Assembly (NCBI GenBank): GCA_965226795.1
Contig: CBDDDZ010000005.1
Span: 64,001 to 128,000, forward strand
Length of the DNA: 64,000 bases
Source: Candidatus Latescibacterota bacterium
GTDB taxonomy: Bacteria; Latescibacterota; UBA2968; GCA-2709665
Direction: 5' to 3'
Of the stretch, positions 60,937 to 64,000 are shown piece after piece. A model generated the notes under the pieces. The model did not search any database and had not been told where the DNA came from. It saw nothing but the letters and a program-made list of their open reading frames with translations. Each line of letters starts with the position of its first letter. The stretch's first letter is position 1. Both the position numbers and the translations under genes were made by a program.

Positions 60937-62238
60937 TCATCCCTGCAGACGAGAAAACTCGATGCGCGGGTCCACGACTTTCAGGAGGATGTCCGCTAGC
61001 AGAATGCCAAGCAATGAGAGAAACGACCCGATGGTCAGAATGGCCATTACCATGGGATAGTCGCGTACGAGTACGGATTGAACGCCCAGAAAGCCCAGAC
61101 CCGGTATGGTGAAAATGGTTTCTATAAAGACCGAGCCGGCAATAACGGCCGGAAGCAGATTACCCAGAATGGTGACGATGGGGATCAGGGAATTTCGGAA
61201 GACGTGCCTGAGAATCACGATTTTTTCGGGCAGACCCTTAGCCCGGGCGGTGCGCACGTAGTCCTGCCGGAGATTTTCCAGCATGCTGGTGCGCATAAAA
61301 CGGGATAGGCCCGCGAAGCTGGCATAGCTGGAGGCCAGTACCGGCATGGCCATGTGATGGGCGTGGTCGGTTAACAGCCGCCAGAAGCCCCAGTCGGAGG
61401 AGGCGTCCAGGGACTGGATGCCCGAGGCCGGAAACCAGTAGAGAAATTCCTTGTTGCAGAAAAACACGATGAGCAGCATGCCAACCCAGAACGAAGGCAT
61501 GGACCACAGGATGAAGGTTCCGGTGGTGAGTGTGCGATCGGTCCGGGTGTCCTGTTTGACAGCCAGCCAGATACCCAGCGGAAGTCCGATGGCATAGGCG
61601 ATGATCAGGCTGATAATGTTGATTTCAATGGTAATGGGCACCCGCACCAGGATATGGGCGATGACCGGTTGCTGATCCTTGAAAGAACGACCGAAATTGA
61701 GTGTGACAAAGCGCCGGTCGAAGAGATGGAAGAGCAGCAGGCCGGCGCCGGTATATTCGTAGTTTTTCTCCAGCTTGACGGTTTTGCTCTCCCAGAAAGA
61801 CGAAAGGACGAGTGCCTGCGCCTCGTCCGGATGATATTTTTCGAAATTGCGAATGAACCGCGCTTTCCGCGCCTCGCTTTCCAGTGCGGCCAACTCACTT
61901 CGTTCGTCCGGGTCCAGTTCCGCGAGAAAGCCGTCGACGCGCCTGCCCGTGCGTTCAAAGTTGTTCAGTGGCTCCACGTGTAGAACCAGGCTCGATAACC
62001 AGTTCAGGTACTGGATGTGCAGCGGCCTGTCCAGGCCGAGTTCGCGGCGCAGTTCCTCCCGCGTTTTTTCGAAATCGGACTTCCGATCCGTCGAGATGCC
62101 CTCCTCTCCCGCCATTCCTCCGAGAAAAAAGTCTACCGGGTCTCCCGGCGCGAGGTGCATGACAAGGAAAGAGATGAGGGTGATGCCGATCATCGTCGGG
62201 ATCATCAGCAGGCTGCGCTGCACGATGTATTGAATCAT
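60937..62238 (-). CDS. oppB: Oligopeptide ABC permease
   Basis: LAPGDP, GLDRPL, DYVRTARAKGL, RDYP, DPRI. Confidence 0.95.
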   Translation of the reverse strand: MIQYIVQRSLLMIPTMIGITLISFLVMHLAPGDPVDFFLGGMAGEEGISTDRKSDFEKTREELRRELGLDRPLHIQYLNWLSSLVLHVEPLNNFERTGRRVDGFLAELDPDERSELAALESEARKARFIRNFEKYHPDEAQALVLSSFWESKTVKLEKNYEYTGAGLLLFHLFDRRFVTLNFGRSFKDQQPVIAHILVRVPITIEINIISLIIAYAIGLPLGIWLAVKQDTRTDRTLTTGTFILWSMPSFWVGMLLIVFFCNKEFLYWFPASGIQSLDASSDWGFWRLLTDHAHHMAMPVLASSYASFAGLSRFMRTSMLENLRQDYVRTARAKGLPEKIVILRHVFRNSLIPIVTILGNLLPAVIAGSVFIETIFTIPGLGFLGVQSVLVRDYPMVMAILTIGSFLSLLGILLADILLKVVDPRIEFSRLQG

Positions 62239-62317
62239 CTGGCTTCAGGCCTCACCGTCCGGACGGCGGCGCATTGGAGATCGAGAAATGATGCGGTACC
62301 GTCCGGCGGCATCGGGG

Positions 62318-64000
62318 TTACTGATACAACCGGTTGCCGGCGCCTACCCACCATTCCTGGGTGTCCGCGCCAATGGCATACCAGTTATCACCCGCGAAAC
62401 GCTTGCTGTAGGAAATGGCGGTGCGGGACTTCCAAAGGAACGTATATGGCTGTTCGTCGTACAGGATTTCCTGAAATCGCCGGTACAGTTGAACGCGTTT
62501 GTCCATATCGAATTCCCGGCGGTAGGTTTCCAGGATGCGGTCGACTTCCTTGTTTTTGAAACCGATGTAGTTCGATCCCTGGCCCTCGGCCTGCGAGGAG
62601 TGCCAGATCTGGTACGAATCCGGCGGCAGGCTCAGACTGCCTGTCCACCCGAGGGTGCACGCGGCGAAATCCTTTTTGCGAACCACACGGTCCAGAAATA
62701 TGGTCCAGTCGAGTTCACGCACCTTGCAGACGATTCCAATGTCCTGGAGTTCATATTGCAGGGCCAGGGCGATGTCTTTGCGAAGCTGGTTGCCGGAATT
62801 GACGAGGAATTCAAACTTTAAGGGCCTCTTCTCGCCGTCGATGGTCTTGTCCAGGATGCCGTCGTTGTCGGTATCGGACCAGCCGGCCTCATCCAGAAGG
62901 GCGAGCGCTCTGTCGGGATCGTAGGGGAGGGGTTCGAGGTTGTGGTTGTATTCGGGACGGAATTTGTGAATGGGCCCCTCAACGGTTTCCGCCAGGCCGA
63001 ACATAAGGTTCAGTACCATGCTTTCTCGGTCGGTGAGGAACGTCATGGCTTTGCGTACGCGTTTGTCGCGGAAGATGGGGTGTGCATTGTTCCAGCCGAT
63101 GTACACGTACCCCGAAGAATATACCACGCTCTTCTTGAATCGGTCCATAAAGTCCGGAGACCAGCTCTTGTCTTTGAATTGCAGGGGTCTGAGCCCGAAG
63201 TAGTCTATGTTCCCGTTCGTGAGTTCGATGAACGCGGCCTCCTGGTCGTTCACGATCTTGAAGACGACCTTCTCCACGTATCCCTTGTGCATCAGATCAG
63301 CTCGGTCGCTTCCCCAGTAGTTGGGGTTGCGGGTCAGTATAACCTTCTGCCCCGTGACCACGTCGTCTTCCCAGTCTTCCACGAGATAGGGCCCGGAGCC
63401 CAGCATGTTTCGGTGGTAACGGGTGTTGAATTTCTCGGCAAACTGCTGCACGCGCTCGGCGTGTGGGCCGCTTTCCCAGGAGCCGTCGATCAGGCTTTGT
63501 ATGTCGACAGGATCCAGCAGGCCGTCGGGGTCGTAGAAGTGTTTGGGGAGAATCTGCATGCTGCCCAGGGAGATGTTGTTCCGGAAGTAGGGTTCCTGGC
63601 AGACGAAGCTGATTCTGTATTTGCCCTCCTGCTCGACGTCGCTGATGGCCGCGTAATAATTGCGGAGCGAGGCGGCCAGAACTTTCGGGTTCTTGATGAC
63701 CTTGATGCTGAAGAGGACGTCGTCCGCCGAAAGAGGCTTGCCGTCGGCGAAATGGACGTCGTCGCGCAGGTCGAAGGTATAGGTGAGCTTGTCTTCGGAT
63801 ACCGCGGGAGGTCCTTTTGCAACCAACCCTCTGAGTTTATAGGGTGATTCGTTCTCTATGTCGAGGAGCGATTCGAAGACGTACTGATGAACCGCGGATG
63901 CGCCGGAGTCATTGGAGACGTATGGGTTGAAATTCTCCGGATCCGACAGGAAGTGGCGGACCATCCAGTCTCCGTATTCCGGTTCGGCGTCGCCGGCGTA
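62318..64000 (-). CDS. oppA: Peptide ABC substrate-binding protein (family 5), 5' end outside the window
   Basis: YTFDLRDDVHFADGKPLSADDV, GSGPY, DKRVRKA, QIWHSSQ; frame open to the window edge. Confidence 0.93.
   Translation of the reverse strand, partial: YAGDAEPEYGDWMVRHFLSDPENFNPYVSNDSGASAVHQYVFESLLDIENESPYKLRGLVAKGPPAVSEDKLTYTFDLRDDVHFADGKPLSADDVLFSIKVIKNPKVLAASLRNYYAAISDVEQEGKYRISFVCQEPYFRNNISLGSMQILPKHFYDPDGLLDPVDIQSLIDGSWESGPHAERVQQFAEKFNTRYHRNMLGSGPYLVEDWEDDVVTGQKVILTRNPNYWGSDRADLMHKGYVEKVVFKIVNDQEAAFIELTNGNIDYFGLRPLQFKDKSWSPDFMDRFKKSVVYSSGYVYIGWNNAHPIFRDKRVRKAMTFLTDRESMVLNLMFGLAETVEGPIHKFRPEYNHNLEPLPYDPDRALALLDEAGWSDTDNDGILDKTIDGEKRPLKFEFLVNSGNQLRKDIALALQYELQDIGIVCKVRELDWTIFLDRVVRKKDFAACTLGWTGSLSLPPDSYQIWHSSQAEGQGSNYIGFKNKEVDRILETYRREFDMDKRVQLYRRFQEILYDEQPYTFLWKSRTAISYSKRFAGDNWYAIGADTQEWWVGAGNRLYQ

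Overview
GC-rich bacterial chromosomal window. The gene content (sulfatase, lyase-like and enolase-like catabolic genes, lytR_C-rsfS-mtnA, outer-membrane beta-barrel) suggests a diderm heterotroph of FCB/Latescibacterota type; this is an inference only. There are three blocks. (1) 1-18.3 kb: catabolic genes (SelA/DgaE-like PLP enzyme, amidohydrolase, enolase-superfamily protein, M20 peptidase, 2-hydroxyacid dehydrogenase, sulfatase, heparinase-like protein), housekeeping genes (mtnA, rsfS, carA, pyrC) and intergenic REP/MITE-like structured repeats. (2) About 18.4-41.7 kb: a visibly less GC-rich defence island. An exonuclease-RecQ-UvrD fusion converges on a type I R-M locus. hsdM carries about five frameshifts, hsdS is translationally coupled to a PtuA/PtuB (Septu-like) ATPase-HNH pair, and HsdR carries a C-terminal LexA-like S24 autopeptidase domain. 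The locus is packed with cargo (DUF4062-like, DUF4365-TPR, an IS630-split DUF6575-like gene) and gene stumps (a decayed second hsdR 5' end, three broken toxin-like genes, a frameshifted RDD gene). (3) 42-64 kb: a long minus-strand run in which an oligopeptide ABC operon (oppA-B-C ... oppD-F) is split by five uncharacterised genes (a soluble barrel-sandwich/KOW protein, a DUF6754-like protein and three membrane proteins). It is followed by a gluzincin/beta-propeller/beta-barrel outer-membrane protein, UbiA, DUF362, a kinase-like protein, an AIR-synthase-like protein, Fe-ADH and a LarA-like protein. No rRNA, tRNA, CRISPR array or integrase was recognised. Family names are from motif recognition by eye, not database searches.
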